DNA from: Euprymna scolopes
Lineage: Eukaryota
Assembly (NCBI GenBank): GCA_053919585.1
Contig: CM132800.1
Reading direction: 5' to 3' (one strand)
DNA: 64,000 bases
Position 1 is the stretch's first letter; the number at the start of each line of letters is the position of its first letter. Under the pieces are notes generated by a model, which worked only from the letters and a program-made list of their open reading frames with translations, did no database searches and had not been told where the DNA came from. The position numbers and the translations under genes were made by a program. This document shows positions 1-12,714 of the stretch, piece after piece.

Positions 1-29
1 ATATATATATATATATATATATATATATA

Positions 30-478
30 CTAGCCGGTAGTCCGGCGTTGCTCGGCCGTACCTTATGTTTTAATGTATGTAGACTGTGTACGTAATATTA
101 TAGAATCAATCCTTATTATCGTAAATTGAACTCATTAATCAGAAAAATAATAATAAAATAAAATGGTGCGGTACACCCGGGCTTGACGTCAATGCTCTAC
201 CATAAAGCTAAATCAAATTATAATATATTTTTTTAATTTTTATATCTCACTTAACGTATGTAATGCAAAGTATGTCATGTAAAAATTATTATTTTCTATC
301 TATAAGAGAGAAAAGTTCTTTTAAAGTGGGACTTTTAAGATTTTCGATGAATTTCTGAAAAAAATATATACGTAAGAACAATACTAAATATGAATTAGTT
401 TTCTGTAGAATTTGCTATAGATAGGATCAACCGTTTCGGAATTTGTGAGGAAGGAACTCTCAGACACACACAAAGTGA

Positions 479-490
<12 letters not shown>
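30..490 (-). mobile_element. Non-autonomous Helitron-like element
   Basis: Minus-strand 3' hairpin (rc of ccggcgttgctcgg) followed by CTAG at 30-33; its 5' part (380-490) recurs at ~35450-35560 (+) and ~54600-54690 (-); flanked by (TA)n. Confidence 0.65.
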
Positions 491-519
<29 letters not shown>

Positions 520-523
<4 letters not shown>

Positions 524-912
524 CAGTGGTGCCTGGTGTTGCTCGGGTGTTTTGTCGTGTGTTGAGCAAAAAAATAAATACTAGTAGGAAGGCAGGCTCG
601 AACCCGTACAACGAAGGAGGCAAAGAACGGGAACAAACGTGACGTCTTTGCTGCTACGGCCACCGCCAAATCGGAAGTGACATAGGCTTTAATTAAGACT
701 AGACAATCGAAAAAAAGGGAAGACTGTCGAAAATATCGGCGAAAAAAGTGACTTCTGCCTGTAAAAAAGTGCCCAGATAAGGGTGATTGTTTTTAGCCAA
801 TTTTTCGGTATTTGCCGCCTGAAGGGGCGAGCTGCAAAACGGTACTGATCTTGTGAAAATCCGTCGCCTCTGTCGAAAGTTTTAGGTATACATACATACA
901 TACATTTATATA
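520..912 (-). mobile_element. Non-autonomous Helitron-like element
   Basis: Hairpin cctggtgttgctcggg with TTAG (degenerate CTAG) at 520; body similar to 32035-32455; (TACA)n near the 5' end. Confidence 0.65.
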
Positions 913-1029
913 TTGGGTGCTCATATTTTCGATCCCAACCGATTAAAAAGCTTTCCCTATCCCTGAATATCCTTTATGTAAAATTTCAAATGTTTAGGCC
1001 AGAAACTGTCTGAGTAATTTGGTAGAGAC

Positions 1030-1375
1030 CGCAGAGGTCAATTTTTTAAAACTTTTACCCATATTATGCCAATTTAACATTTATTGTTTTGGGATCAAAT
1101 CAAGTTATTAAGTTAGATCCATGTCCAAAAACCTATATCTAAAATTTCAAGTGTTTATAGCCAAAATTTCGGAGGAGTTTGGTAGAGTTCTTAAAGGTCA
1201 AATCGTTGAACTTTGACCCCTTAACATCCAAATTTCTGGCCGAAAACGAATTACAAAGATTTTCCCAAATCTCCATACCCTGTATATCAAATTTCAAATC
1301 CTTAGACTGAAAATTGACAGAGTTACTGTATAGGGAAATGTACACAGACAGACACACACACAGACAGATAGTTTC
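1030..1375 (-). mobile_element. Fragment of the Helitron-like family seen complete at 42694-43150
   Basis: Reverse complement aligns by eye with 42710-43025 (shared ttaaggggtcaaagttcaacgattt, gaactctaccaaactcct). Confidence 0.7.
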
Positions 1376-1409
1376 ACTGAATTTCAGTATAATTCTCATT
1401 TAACCAATC

Positions 1410-1850
1410 CTGTATGAGCGGCTGAAGCGCGATATTCGGAAGGGGAGGGTGAAATGGACCGTGGATGGTAGGGGGCGCCAAATTGGTCTGGAGTGTGCGG
1501 AAGTATATGTCTGAGCAGAGCTGGGCTGATGAGCACCAGTCTACTCATCGGCGCAGTGGGTCACAGAGCAGTCTTGAGTTGCCAAAGTTAACCTGTGTCA
1601 ACTGCGGGCGGGAGTACAAAACGGTAGGGGGTTTGAAACGGCATTTGATCCTGCATAAAAAAGAACATCAAGAACGTGCTGTTAATGGTGCACATGTCTG
1701 TGCAATGTTTGCTAAGGAATGCCAGAGTTTAGCAGGGCTTAAAAGCCACATTCGTGCGGCGCATCACTGAATGTTTTCGGGTTTCTATATACTTTTTTAT
1801 GTGCTATATCGAGTGATGGGAATGTTCGAAAGAGAATTTGCTGCCATCAT
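1410..1850 (+). mobile_element. 3' end of an RTE-clade LINE with C-terminal C2H2 zinc fingers
   Basis: ORF 1465-1770 has CVNC-x12-HLILH and a degenerate second finger (..SLAGLKSHIRAAHH); upstream frame RLKRDIRK..W resembles the RTE C-terminal helix; short 3' UTR ending gctgccatcatatata. Confidence 0.6.
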
Positions 1851-1863
1851 ATATAGATATATA

Positions 1864-2148
1864 AGATACGTTGGTGAAACCCAGCGTAAGTTCGAAGAAA
1901 GGCTCACTGAGCATAAAAAAGCTATAAAAAACAATAATTCTCTAAGTGCATTATTCTCTCATTCATTGCAGCATAATCATACCTTTTACTTGAAACAAGC
2001 AAAAATAGTTCAATTTATCTCAAATAAATCGCGCCGGGGACTTCTTGAATTAGCGCGTATCGCAAATTCAAGAACGATTAAACAGCGTGTAGGTTTCTAT
2101 AATGTTACACTATTAATAAGTAAACTTTTATTGAAAGAACATAATTAG
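1864..2148 (+). mobile_element. Penelope-like element GIY-YIG endonuclease C-terminal fragment
   Basis: YVGETQRKFEERLTEHKKAIKNNNSLSALFSHSLQHNHTF...RRGLLE matches the PLE YIGET-R-EH-SAL-H-H pattern. Confidence 0.8.
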
Positions 2149-2319
2149 ACACAGGTAAACCTTCTTACACCATAGAAACATCCCCTGCAATAATTGATGC
2201 ATATAATCTCAATCAATAAATTACATAACAAAACTACACTAATTTCATTTCTATTCCAGACCTTTATTTGAATTTTAACAGATATATTTTTCCAGAAAGA
2301 TTATTAACTACGATTTTTT

Positions 2320-2906
2320 TTGCGGTCAATGAAAAAAATAAAGAAATGTACGTGCAGAATTTGAGCCTACAGACAATTTCATGCAAAAAAAAAAAAAAAA
2401 AAAAAAAAAAAACACGTAAATTTTCAAGTCTAATAAAATACATATTACAAAATTCTTTGCAGTCGTTGAAAAAAATAAAGAAATTTACGTGCAGAATCTG
2501 AAACTACTGACCAGAGCATGCAAAAAAAACCCGTAAATTTTCAAGTCTTATAAAATACATATAAAATTCTTTGCAATAAATGAAAAAAATAAAGAAACGT
2601 ACGTGCAGAATTTGAGCCTACAGACCACGTCATGCAAAAAAAGTAGAGTGATCCACCGTCGAATTTTTACGGCCCGTAATTCTATCATTCTTACTAAGCG
2701 ACAACATGGAAACATAGCATTACCGATGATAGATAAATTAAATATACGTTTTGTATTATCGATTATATTGTTAATTATCGGGGTATTCTGCGACAAATCT
2801 TATTAAGATTACTCCCAGATCTATGCACTAAATTTCTGTAAATTTTAAAGAAAATCTGCCTAGATGTTTTGAAGTCTATAATGGACGAAATGACACACAG
2901 ACAATG

Positions 2907-2910
<4 letters not shown>
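2320..2910. repeat. Interspersed repeat with ~125-bp degenerate internal tandem units
   Basis: cgtgcagaat(t/c)tga repeated near 2351, 2488, 2602; cgtaaattttcaagtct at 2415 and 2532. Confidence 0.55.
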
Positions 2911-2946
<36 letters not shown>

Positions 2947-3211
2947 TAACTATATATTACAACTTGCAACACTCATCCGAATTGTACATAAAGATTTTGG
3001 GTTTCGCTCATATAAAGGATTCATCATCTTTAATCTCTTACCGATTAGCACATAATAATAGATCGCCAAAATACTTAACTTTGATGGTGTATTGCCTTAA
3101 CATGAATCAATTTTGCCCTACACTTATTGTTCAACTAAATTCTTATAATATCTATATTTTTCATTCGAAAGTAGATTAATCAAAATGGGCTGATATCTGC
3201 ATATGCATATA

Positions 3212-4135
3212 CAGTGTATCACAAAATGATTACAGCCCTCACATTTCTTCAAATATTTAAGTATGTCTCTTCATGGAAAAACACTGAGCAAATGATTTTT
3301 TGACACAATGAAAAGTTATCTATCTGCAGCATACACAACATAGTTAGTTTATTTTCTCCTCAAAATAACTAAAAATAGCGCCATTAAAAGCTAAATCCCT
3401 GGTAACAAAAGTGAGTACACCCCTTACGAAAAGTTGTCAGTATTAATATACAACATGTCAACTCTCAATATTTTGTGTGACTACCATCATTATCTAAAAC
3501 TCTCCTTAATCTCCTGGGCATGGAGTTTACTAAAACTTAATATCTAACAACTAGAATGCTCTTCCAATCTTCAATTACGATGTCGCAGGGCTGGCGGATA
3601 TTTAAGACTTTGCGCATTTCCGCCTTCTGCTTGAGAATGCCCCAAAAGATGTTCTATTGTGTTCAAGTCTGGAGACACGGTAGGCCAGTCCATCACCTTT
3701 ATCCACCGCCTCTTCAGTAATGTAGTGGTTGTCTTGGATGTGTTTTTGTGCCATTGTCATGATGGAACATCGCTCTGCGAGCCAGTTTCTGAAGGGAAGA
3801 GATCATACTCTGTTGCAGTATTTGACAGTACATGTTGGAGTTCATGTTTCCCGCAATGAAATGTAACTCTTCAATATCTACAACACCCATGCAGCCCTAG
3901 ACCATGACATTCCCACCACCATGCTTGACTGTAGGCATGAGACACTTATCTTTGTACTCCTCGCTTGGTTGCGGCCACACGTGCGTACGGCCATCAGAAT
4001 CTAACAAACTTCGTCTCATTAGATCATAGGACATGGTTCCAGTGATATAAGGGCTTTGTTGACATGTCTTCAGCAAACTGCGGACTTTTTTGTGTATTAC
4101 CTTCAGAAAAGTCTTCTTCCTGGGCTGACTTACGT
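3212..4135 (-). mobile_element. Truncated, decayed Tc1 (IR/DR type) transposon, 3' half
   Basis: TA|CAGTGTATCACAAAA terminus at 3212, inner DR aaaagtgagtacacccc near 3407; minus-strand transposase remnants (PTVKHGGGNVMV*GCM, ending HTKY* near 3465). Confidence 0.9.
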
Positions 4136-4450
4136 AATATTTGCGTAAAATGGTTGTAATAAACATAGACCTCTTTCTATATATATGTATGTATGCGTAT
4201 ATATTTATGCAAGCGTATATATATATTTGTTTAATAAATGTTGCTTACCAAATTTCTCTGTCAGTTTTAAGTCTATAGACATGAGCCTCAATGTGCAGGG
4301 TATTCCAACCCATGCGAAACTATATATTTGAGTTTTAGCCAGGGAAAATCGATGCAAAAGTTTGAAAATTTAAAAAAATGGAATTTTCCAGGTCATGGTC
4401 GAAGGACGGCATTACGAGTATGCATGCGTAACGTAATAGCTATTTTTTCG
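4136..4450 (+). repeat. Unclassified interspersed repeat; other copies ~21596-22140 and ~60880-61100
   Basis: Shared blocks taatatttgcgtaaaa, agggtatt..catgc..aactatatattt, gcattacga..gtaatagctatt. Confidence 0.7.
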
Positions 4451-4649
4451 TCTTTTAATTTTCGTTTGCAGAAAATATCGCTTCATAGCTCCGGCATTAA
4501 GATCAAAGGAAAAAGTAAATTATAAGCTAAATGTTTTGGTTTCGATTCTTGGTGCTGGTGCACGATTCATATTTTTTTTACACTTTTTAAATCATTACTA
4601 TATATTTGATCCAATATAATCTGTTATATAAATCTCACGTGGCTGTTTA

Positions 4650-4777
4650 TATGCATGTATGTATGTATGTATGCATGTATGTATGCATGTATGCATGCAT
4701 GTACGTATGTATGCATGCCTGTACGTATGTATACATGCCTGTATGCATGTATGTATGCATGTATGCATGTATGCATG

Positions 4778-4810
<33 letters not shown>
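4650..4810. repeat. (ATGT/ATGC)n tetranucleotide microsatellite
   Basis: Seen directly; follows a Helitron-type 5' motif (ttatataaatctcac at ~4624). Confidence 0.95.
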
Positions 4811-4813
<3 letters not shown>

Positions 4814-4959
4814 CTGGTTCCCCCCACCAGACTTGTTTGGTGAGGAGGGCGGCTTGTCTCTCTGAAGGATTAAAAACAAGACCTTCCAAAGGGCGAATTA
4901 ACTCTTTTTCTTGGTCAACGGCCAACTAGCACCGTGTATATTTGTGTGTGTGTATATGT

Positions 4960-5045
4960 GTATTGGGGTGGAGAGGGCTCCCGTAAGCCGTGGCGAAGGC
5001 AACCTTTCTAGAAGAAGCAAATCTCTGATTTAAAAAGCCATAAAG
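4960..5045 (+). mobile_element. Possible RTE-clade LINE 5' UTR fragment
   Basis: ggcaacctttctagaagaagcaaatctctgatttaaa resembles the GGCAACCAGTCTAGGAGAAGGAAAACTCTG motif recalled from RTE 5' UTRs. Confidence 0.4.
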
Positions 5046-5262
5046 CGGAAGACCATTACCCGCATTAAGCTGGTCTGCAGTTTAATTTGTCGCTGGCTAT
5101 CTTGCTCTTGCTTGTTGCTGGATCTCAACATTTTGAACCGAGAGAGAGACTTAGCTGTCGTACAAAGCTAAGACTCTGTAACATCATATTTGTATAGATA
5201 CTCCCTCAGGCATTTGGGCTCATGGATTTTAAATGTCTGAGGGAGTGGCACTCGTCTGACAA

Positions 5263-5479
5263 NNNNNNNNNNNNNNNNNNNNNNNNNNNNNNNNNNNNNN
5301 NNNNNNNNNNNNNNNNNNNNNNNNNNNNNNNNNNNNNNNNNNNNNNNNNNNNNNNNNNNNNNNNNNNNNNNNNNNNNNNNNNNNNNNNNNNNNNNNNNNN
5401 NNNNNNNNNNNNNNNNNNNNNNNNNNNNNNNNNNNNNNNNNNNNNNNNNNNNNNNNNNNNNNNNNNNNNNNNNNNNNNN
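5263..5479. other. Assembly gap (others: 6102-6240, 46388-46543, 51279-51418, 52078-52229, 57133-57299, 61185-61327)
   Basis: Runs of N. Confidence 0.99.
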
Positions 5480-5900
5480 GCTGTTTTTCACTTTCGCTGT
5501 TGTTTTTGTTTTTCCGATTTTTTTAAAAAAGAAGTTTAATATTTTAACAGGGTTATTTATGCTATTTCTTCTCGTTCGCTTATTCTTTATTTTCCATCAC
5601 GTTCGTTTTATTTTGTTTTTGTTTTTCCGATCTTATTTTCCATTTTATTATTGCTTTGATTTACCCCTCCCCACACCTCAATACACCCGGGCAACGCCGG
5701 GTACCCCCGCTAATCTATTATATAAATATAACCTGTCAGTTTAAATATATGTATGGTGGGTGTATGTATGTATGTCTGCCAAAAACTTTTCTCATCGGTA
5801 TCGACCGGTCGAGTCGGTACCATCTAAAAGGGCGATTTTTTGGTCGAATAATATGTGAAAATCAGAAAAAAAAAAACTGTTATTTTAAATAGAAATAGAT
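5480..5900 (+). mobile_element. Helitron-like 3' end (to 5713) joined head-to-tail to a new 5' end (from 5714)
   Basis: cccgggcaacgccggg hairpin 5686-5701, CTAA at 5710-5713, then TCTATTATATAAAT; body matches rc of 31386-31720. Confidence 0.7.
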
Positions 5901-6391
5901 GGTCGCAATGTGGTAGGGTAACAAAAAATCGTTCCTTCATGACAATTTAGCAAAACACGCGTGTGCGAAAAATGTTCTATGAAGAAATAGTTTAAATAGA
6001 AAAAGAAAACGACGTTAACACGCTGGCGCGATCCTAGAGTAATCGTTATAGTGACAGCGTCGTTGTTGTAACGTTGCATTTAAGTGTATTTCACACCAGG
6101 GNNNNNNNNNNNNNNNNNNNNNNNNNNNNNNNNNNNNNNNNNNNNNNNNNNNNNNNNNNNNNNNNNNNNNNNNNNNNNNNNNNNNNNNNNNNNNNNNNNN
6201 NNNNNNNNNNNNNNNNNNNNNNNNNNNNNNNNNNNNNNNNAAATTAGTAATTTAGAAAAAAACATACATCTCTTTCCCTGGTAACATTTATATAAAAATA
6301 CACTTGTAGATTAGCTACATATAATCAAAATTTTCGGTCTAGTAGAATCGCAAGCACATCCTAATTACATACATACACACACATTGCTTTA

Positions 6392-7445
6392 ATTTTTTAA
6401 AAAAATACAAAGGAGTCACCACTTATTAAGGCCCAGAGTCCACTCGAGAAGAAAGGTTAAGGAGTATACAGAAGTAAATAGGAAAATGTCGTAGTAATCG
6501 TTAGTAGTGGAAATTTGATAAATTGGATTACTTAAGGTATGGCCCATCCATAACGTTTTCACGTTGTATTGAGGACGGCCATACTGTAGTCAGTTGGAAA
6601 GTCTGCAAACGGAACAGATCACTACCGGCGTGAAGTTCTATTAAAGAAGATATGTTCATGGAATCTACGTTTATGTTTAGGCACAGATAAAGAGTGGGTG
6701 GAAATATTGATAGTGGTTTTAGGTAAACGAATGTTTTACGTGAAAGTCTGGTCAGAGGGGACCATGGATTGGATCTCTGACGAGCACTTGCCATGAAACT
6801 AGCGATAAAACAGAGAAGGCTCCCAACGTCCTCTCTGGACAAGAGATTGCAGGGAAAAGAAAAGGTCATTCCCTTCCTAGTTTTTTTTAACTCAAAGCAG
6901 GGAAAGGTGATTCTACCAGCTACTGCCCAAATATGGCAACAGAACTCCATCCATTGACGTACTTCGCTCTCATACTGATAGAGAATTTTATCAGCAGTGA
7001 GATACTTACTGGGGCGGTAAAACGATCCAACCATTTTTCCAGCAGCCTGTGAAACGGATTTGATGTAAATGTTCCATCTCAAATCAGGGGTAAACATCAG
7101 ACGCAGAAGCTTGTCGAAACATGAAGCCTCCCCAAGATTAGAGCTATTCATTTCAGTTGATGCCAGACGGGGATCAGCGTTGATAATGTAAAGATAGAAG
7201 CTTGGTTTTAGGTGCATCAAAAGTAATCAGCCACCCGTTTGCCTAATAGTACCACGTGATCCAGATCAGAGGAGAGAGAATCAGAGAGAACTTGGTCGTT
7301 TAGGGCATTTGAAGTGTTGCCATAGATGGTAGTGTCGTAAGCATAAAAGTCTATTAATGATCTTAGGATATGATTTGGGAGGTCATTGATATAGGTCAGC
7401 AACAGAGTTGGGCCCAGAATGGACTTCTGGGGGACTCTAGCGACA
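6392..7445 (-). mobile_element. 5'-truncated CR1/L2-group LINE (RT 3' half + 3' UTR), decayed
   Basis: VPQKSILGPTL..YINDLP..YAYDTTIY (degenerate YADD), MEFCCHIWA; 3' UTR similar to 40945-41013. Confidence 0.9.
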
Positions 7446-8277
7446 TCTTAGTTGAAAAGTAACTTTTTTTAAACGTATGTCTTGTCGACTGACGGAAATA
7501 CTATGAAAGAGAATATATAGCAGATAAGACGACAAAAACAAATCACAGAGATTCTTTGTCGTAAACTTGATCATCGGACTAAGTTTGTTACAGAATGTTC
7601 GGGCGTGTCTTCAAAAGAACGATTCATTTAACATACAGATCGACGTAAATGTAAAATCGATCATTGTCTTCGTAAAATAATGCATTTCTTGTCTCACCTA
7701 ATTAACCACCAACCTTTGCACAGTTTACCTTTGTACGTGACGAGAACTTTTTTTTACCCTTCATTTTAAAGATCTCACATAAAGCACGGTAAACATTTGT
7801 AAATGAATCCACTTGTAGGTGTAATGGACGGGTCAATCATTCATCGGTGTCTGATTCCCATCATACTCATTACTCATTCCTTCTGTTATGAAAAATTGAT
7901 ACATGCTGAGCGCAGAATTTAGTGCAATTTGAAACACTAGTGTCTGTAGGTATAAAAAATATTTTTTACTTATAATTATCGAACCCTTTTTAGAATACTC
8001 AAGGATGGGCACTGTCTGTGAAATATAAACAAAGAGGTAATCAACTAGCGCTTATGCAACGTTCACGACTTCTGTCGTTCGAACACTATGGATTATCTAA
8101 TGTCTGTGTCCGAATTGTGCGTTTATTAGTTTATAATTTCCTACATTCTCCTGACAACTGTTTAGTAACACGGAGGTTAAAGCTTGGTCAAAGGTCGCTT
8201 CGTTAGTTTGAAACTTCCGAACTGCAGGAATTGTTACCTCCTGCACTGATAATTTAGTAAGTATGAAATTTAATTAC

Positions 8278-8331
<54 letters not shown>

Positions 8332-8699
8332 TAATTATTGGTTCGTTAGTTATTCATAAAACGATATTTCTACATTACCAATTTAATTGACATTTTCAGA
8401 CAGTCTATCTTTGAGTCGAGGAATGTTTTCATGCTATTAAAATAAATTAAAATTGCAAATTAAAAAATTAAATAAAATAAGAATATTTTTCATAAGTCGA
8501 TTCTGCGAGACTTTCTCGGTTTTACTTCCTGTAGTTATACAATTTCAATTCATACACCACGATGTGACGACACTAATCTATGAGTAAAAATCAAATCCCC
8601 TATTTTTAAAATTTTAATTCGTTTGTTTATCTTCCCATTTTTTTAAATTTAAAACATGCTCGCCAGAAAGTGCGTTTTGAGTTGAAACATAAAACTCCA

Positions 8700-9950
8700 A
8701 GAACCTTAACAAAACAATCTTGGTTGTAAAAATCATTTTTTTAACAAAATTGACAGAACACGTTTTTTGTTTCTTTTTGTTTTTTTAAACAGTTTTTTTT
8801 CTATATAAAATAAAATATGAACTATTTTTATTATTAAAACTATAATCTGTTAGGTGAAAGTACAGTTTTTTCCAAAGAAAATTTACATTACATATGCATT
8901 TTGGTAACGTGCTTAAATAATAGCTTTTATTTTTTTGCACTCATTAGTACCATGGAGAGGGGAGGAGGTTTTGTAACTATTCCATGCTTTCAATTAGCAA
9001 TTTATTATCAAAAAGTAAGATATCGTGAAATTATATATAAAAAAGATATTGTGAAAGTTTAACTTGAAAAAAACAAAAGATATTGTGAAAAAAACAAAGA
9101 TATTGTGAAAGTTTTACTTGAAAAAAACAAAAACAAAATTATATATAAAAAGATATTGTGAAAGTTTAACTTGTGAAGATATTGTGAAAGTTTAACTTGA
9201 AAAAAACAAAAACAAAAACAACGTGGACAGCGCGTTCAATATTGTAGCCGGAGCCTATTTGGCAATAAGGTCCGATTCGTATACGTCAGTCGTTTTGGAT
9301 TTTTTTTTTACCGCAAATTGTTAGTTTAAGTTTTTTTTTTGTTTTTTGTTTTTCTTTTTCAAGAAAACGTTTTTAAAACAAAATTGAAAGTACACTTTTT
9401 TACAGAAGTTGTTTTTATATAAGAAAATGTATATGCTTTTTCTTTATTAAAGAAATAGTTAGGTGAAATACAGAAAAGTTTCTACCAAGAAAACCGTTAT
9501 TTGTTTCAGCCATTCTTACCACTGGGAGGAATGGTGTTTTGTAACTATTCTGTGATTTCAACTAAGAATTTATTAAAAAAAAAAAAGGTAAATTTTCACA
9601 TTAAGTCCACCTCCAAAATTTTTAACATGGGTAGGCTGAGGTGTTTATTCTGAAAGTCGTCCTTATTAGGGGGAGGTTGAGAGTGTTTATTTATGGCCGT
9701 CAGTGCATTATAGTGCATAGTAAGGTGTTTATATCTCGAAAACTATTTGACTCTGCAAAATTAAAATGAGATTTTCTTATTCGGTATAGTCGAAAACCTT
9801 TAAAACTAGTCATTTTAAAGAAAATTGTGGACGTGGACCTAATGTAAAAAAAAAAACAAAAAACAAAACAAAAGCAAGATATCGTGAAATTTAAATTTAA
9901 CTTGAAAAAACTATTTTAAAATAGCGCGGTACCAAAAATAAAAATATACA
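8700..9950. repeat. Large repeat with internal duplications; related sequence inverted at ~45060-46380
   Basis: gttaggtgaaa..ttttgtaactattc duplicated (~8850/~9460); aagatattgtgaaa tandem units 9015-9220; rc motif tactttcacctaacaa at ~45559. Confidence 0.6.
9593..9850. mobile_element. MITE with ~28-bp imperfect TIRs
   Basis: ttttcacattaagtccacctccaaaattt ... aaaattgtggacgtggacctaatgtaaaaa; the paralogous unit near 9000 lacks the insert (empty site). Confidence 0.7.
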
Positions 9951-9964
9951 GATAAATACCCCGC

Positions 9965-11035
9965 TGGGTTTGTACTTTTGCAAAAAGATTTGAAAAAGTT
10001 GTCAACCAAAACAAATATATAATAAATAAATGTTTTCAAATGGAAGATTGATTACTTTTCTACCTAACTGGATAATTTTTAGTGTTTTTAGTGGTTTGTA
10101 TTACTGCACACATAGATTCGAAAAAGTTGTCAAAAAAGAAATGCATAACAAATATCATCAAAGGCATGATAAGCTACTTTTCTATAAACTGATTACTTTT
10201 TTAGTGTTTTTATTTCATGTAACATGTTTATTCGTCTAAAACACCGCGTTTACAGCAATATTTGAAAATTACAAATGGCGACAGACTCTGTGTTAAACAT
10301 GTTAAGTTTGGGGAAATGAGTTAAAACTAAGAAACTATACAAAATACAGTTAAAACCCACCGAATATATGTCAGTCTATGCCACAGTGACATATATTGGG
10401 TGAGTTCCTAACAATGTTTTGTATAGTTTTTAGTTTAAACTCATTTTCCCAAACTGTACGTGTTCAACATAGTCTGCCGCCATTTGTGTTTTTCAAATAT
10501 ACCGATAAACACTGCATGTTTTCGAACCGATTAAACATTGTACATTATATAAAAACACTCAAATCTTATCCAGTTAGGTAGAAAATTAAATTATGTTGAC
10601 TTTTATATTATTTATTTGTTATATATTTATTTTTCGAGAACTTTCTCGTATCTGTGTTTAGTAATACAAACCCCTTTTATTTACTGTAAGTTTAGTCAGC
10701 TCGAAAAACAGCGCTTATCGGTGTATTTGAAAAATACACATGGTGGCGGATACTGTTGATTACGTAAAGTTTGGTAAAATGAGATAAAACTAAGAAACTA
10801 TACAAATACTGTCAAAAACCCGCCGAATATGTTAGCCTATGTCACGGTAACATGTATTCGGTAGGTTTCTGATACTGTTTTGTATATTTTTTTAGTTTAT
10901 AACCTATTTTCTCAAACTTAACGCATTCAACAATGTCTGCGACTATTTGTCTTTTTCAAATACATCGATAAACACTGTGTGTTTTACGAGCCGATATAAC
11001 ATTTTACATTAAATAAAAACACAAAAAATTAGGTA
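9965..11035. repeat. Two tandem long imperfect palindromes (foldback-like)
   Basis: Symmetry centres at 10374-10386 and 10835-10847 with homologous arms and homologous 13-nt loops. Confidence 0.85.
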
Positions 11036-11124
11036 AAAACGTAGGGTCAGGGGCATTACTTATTGCACGTATATATATATATATATATATACAGAGAGAG
11101 AGAGAGTATACATATGTATATATA

Positions 11125-12402
11125 CGAGGGGCGTGCAATAAGTAATGTCCCTGACCCACTTCCAGTCTGATCTAGCTGAAATTTTGCATGTGCAATGATT
11201 TATATCTCTACGATTTATGTGGCAAATTACAGCTCTGAACTAATTGTGGTTTCTGTTTTACAGGTGTTTGAACTGAGTCAGGTGTGAAATGGAGCCTGTT
11301 GAATGTCGAGCAGTGATCCGGTTTTTGTATTTGAAAGGGCACACACCACAGGAGACTTTTGATGAAATGAAAGAAACTTATGGTGATAATGCCCCATTAT
11401 ATGACCTTATAAAACGCTGGCATCGTGAATTCAAACATAGCCGGCAGTCTGTGGAAACAGCTCCCAGACCTGGTCACCCCCCTTTTGCCATTGATGAAAC
11501 ATCTGTCCGTCAAGTTGAGGCTGCCATTTTGGAAGATCGGCGCATTACTATTCGCCAAATAGCCCAAGATATCAAGTTTAGTACAGGGTTTTGGAAACTA
11601 TAATTCATGACCATTTGCATATGCATAAGGTGTTTGCCAGATGGATTCCCAGGTTGCTCACACTATTGCAGAAGCGAGAATGCTCGATTATGAATGTGGA
11701 GATGTGCCAAGAAGATGAGTCAAACTTTTTCAAAAGACTGATTACACAGGATACAACCTGCGTCCATCACTATGATCCAGAGACCCAAGCTCAGTCAATG
11801 CAGTGGAAGCACTTGGACTCACCACCTCCAAAGAAGGCAAAGTTACAGCCCTTCACTGGCAAGGTCATGCTCACAGTCTTCTGGGACCAGGATGGAGTAG
11901 TGATAATAGATTGCTTGGCAAAGGGTACCAAAATTACAGGAGCCTAATATGCTTCACTTTTGAGGAAATTAAGGGAAGCTATCAAAATAAATAAGCGGGG
12001 TAAGATCAGCAAGGGTACCCCCCTCCATCAGGAGAACGCTCCGATCCACGACTCGCATGTCGCCAGATCAGAAGAACTGGTGTGTTGTTATTAAATATAC
12101 CCCATCCTCTCTACTCTTCTGACCTTTCACCATGTGATTTTCACCTCTTCCCAGCCATGAATTTGTTTTTGAAAAGGAAAGTGTTTACCAGAGGATGCAG
12201 CGTTAATTTCTGAAGTAATGTCGTGGTTGGAGGACCAACCAGGGGGGTTCTACACAAACGGTCTCCAGAGCTGCATCAAACCATAGGAGAAATACATACC
12301 TCTGTATAGTTCCTATGTAGATAAAGACTAATAACTGTGCCAAGTTTCGTTGCTCTACTGCTATGGGAAGTGGGTCAGGGGCATTACTTATTGCACGCCT
12401 CT

Positions 12403-12404
<2 letters not shown>
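11125..12404 (+). mobile_element. Full-length mariner (DD34D, irritans-like), decayed
   Basis: TA|CGAGGGGCGTGCAATAAGTAATG..CCCACTTCC TIR and its inverse at ~12366-12404. Confidence 0.92.
11289..12331 (+). pseudogene. mariner transposase with frameshifts and stops
   Basis: RAVIRFL, WIPRLL, ITQDTTCVHHYDPET, GKVMLTVFWD, HQENAPIH, YSSDLSPCDFHLF motifs across frames. Confidence 0.92.
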
Positions 12405-12443
<39 letters not shown>

Positions 12444-12596
12444 GGGGGGTAGGTAGGTGGGTAGGTATATAGGTCGGTATGTGCGTATGTTAATGCTTAA
12501 AAGTTGAATTAAAAAGATTTTGGAAAATATAAATATTTCAAAAATCTTTTAAATTCAACTTTAATTTATTACTTTGAACAATTACAATTTCACCAC

Positions 12597-12661
<65 letters not shown>

Positions 12662-12714
12662 CGCACATGATACACAATATATCATATAATGAAATGCCCT
12701 GTAAATAGTATATA

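Noticed and set aside
1465-1770. Host C2H2 zinc-finger gene
   Set aside because: Better explained as the C-terminal fingers of an RTE LINE 3' end; second finger degenerate, no splice context
4598-4925. ORFs rich in YI/HT/VC/MH (also 58644-59142 and others)
   Set aside because: Microsatellite translations
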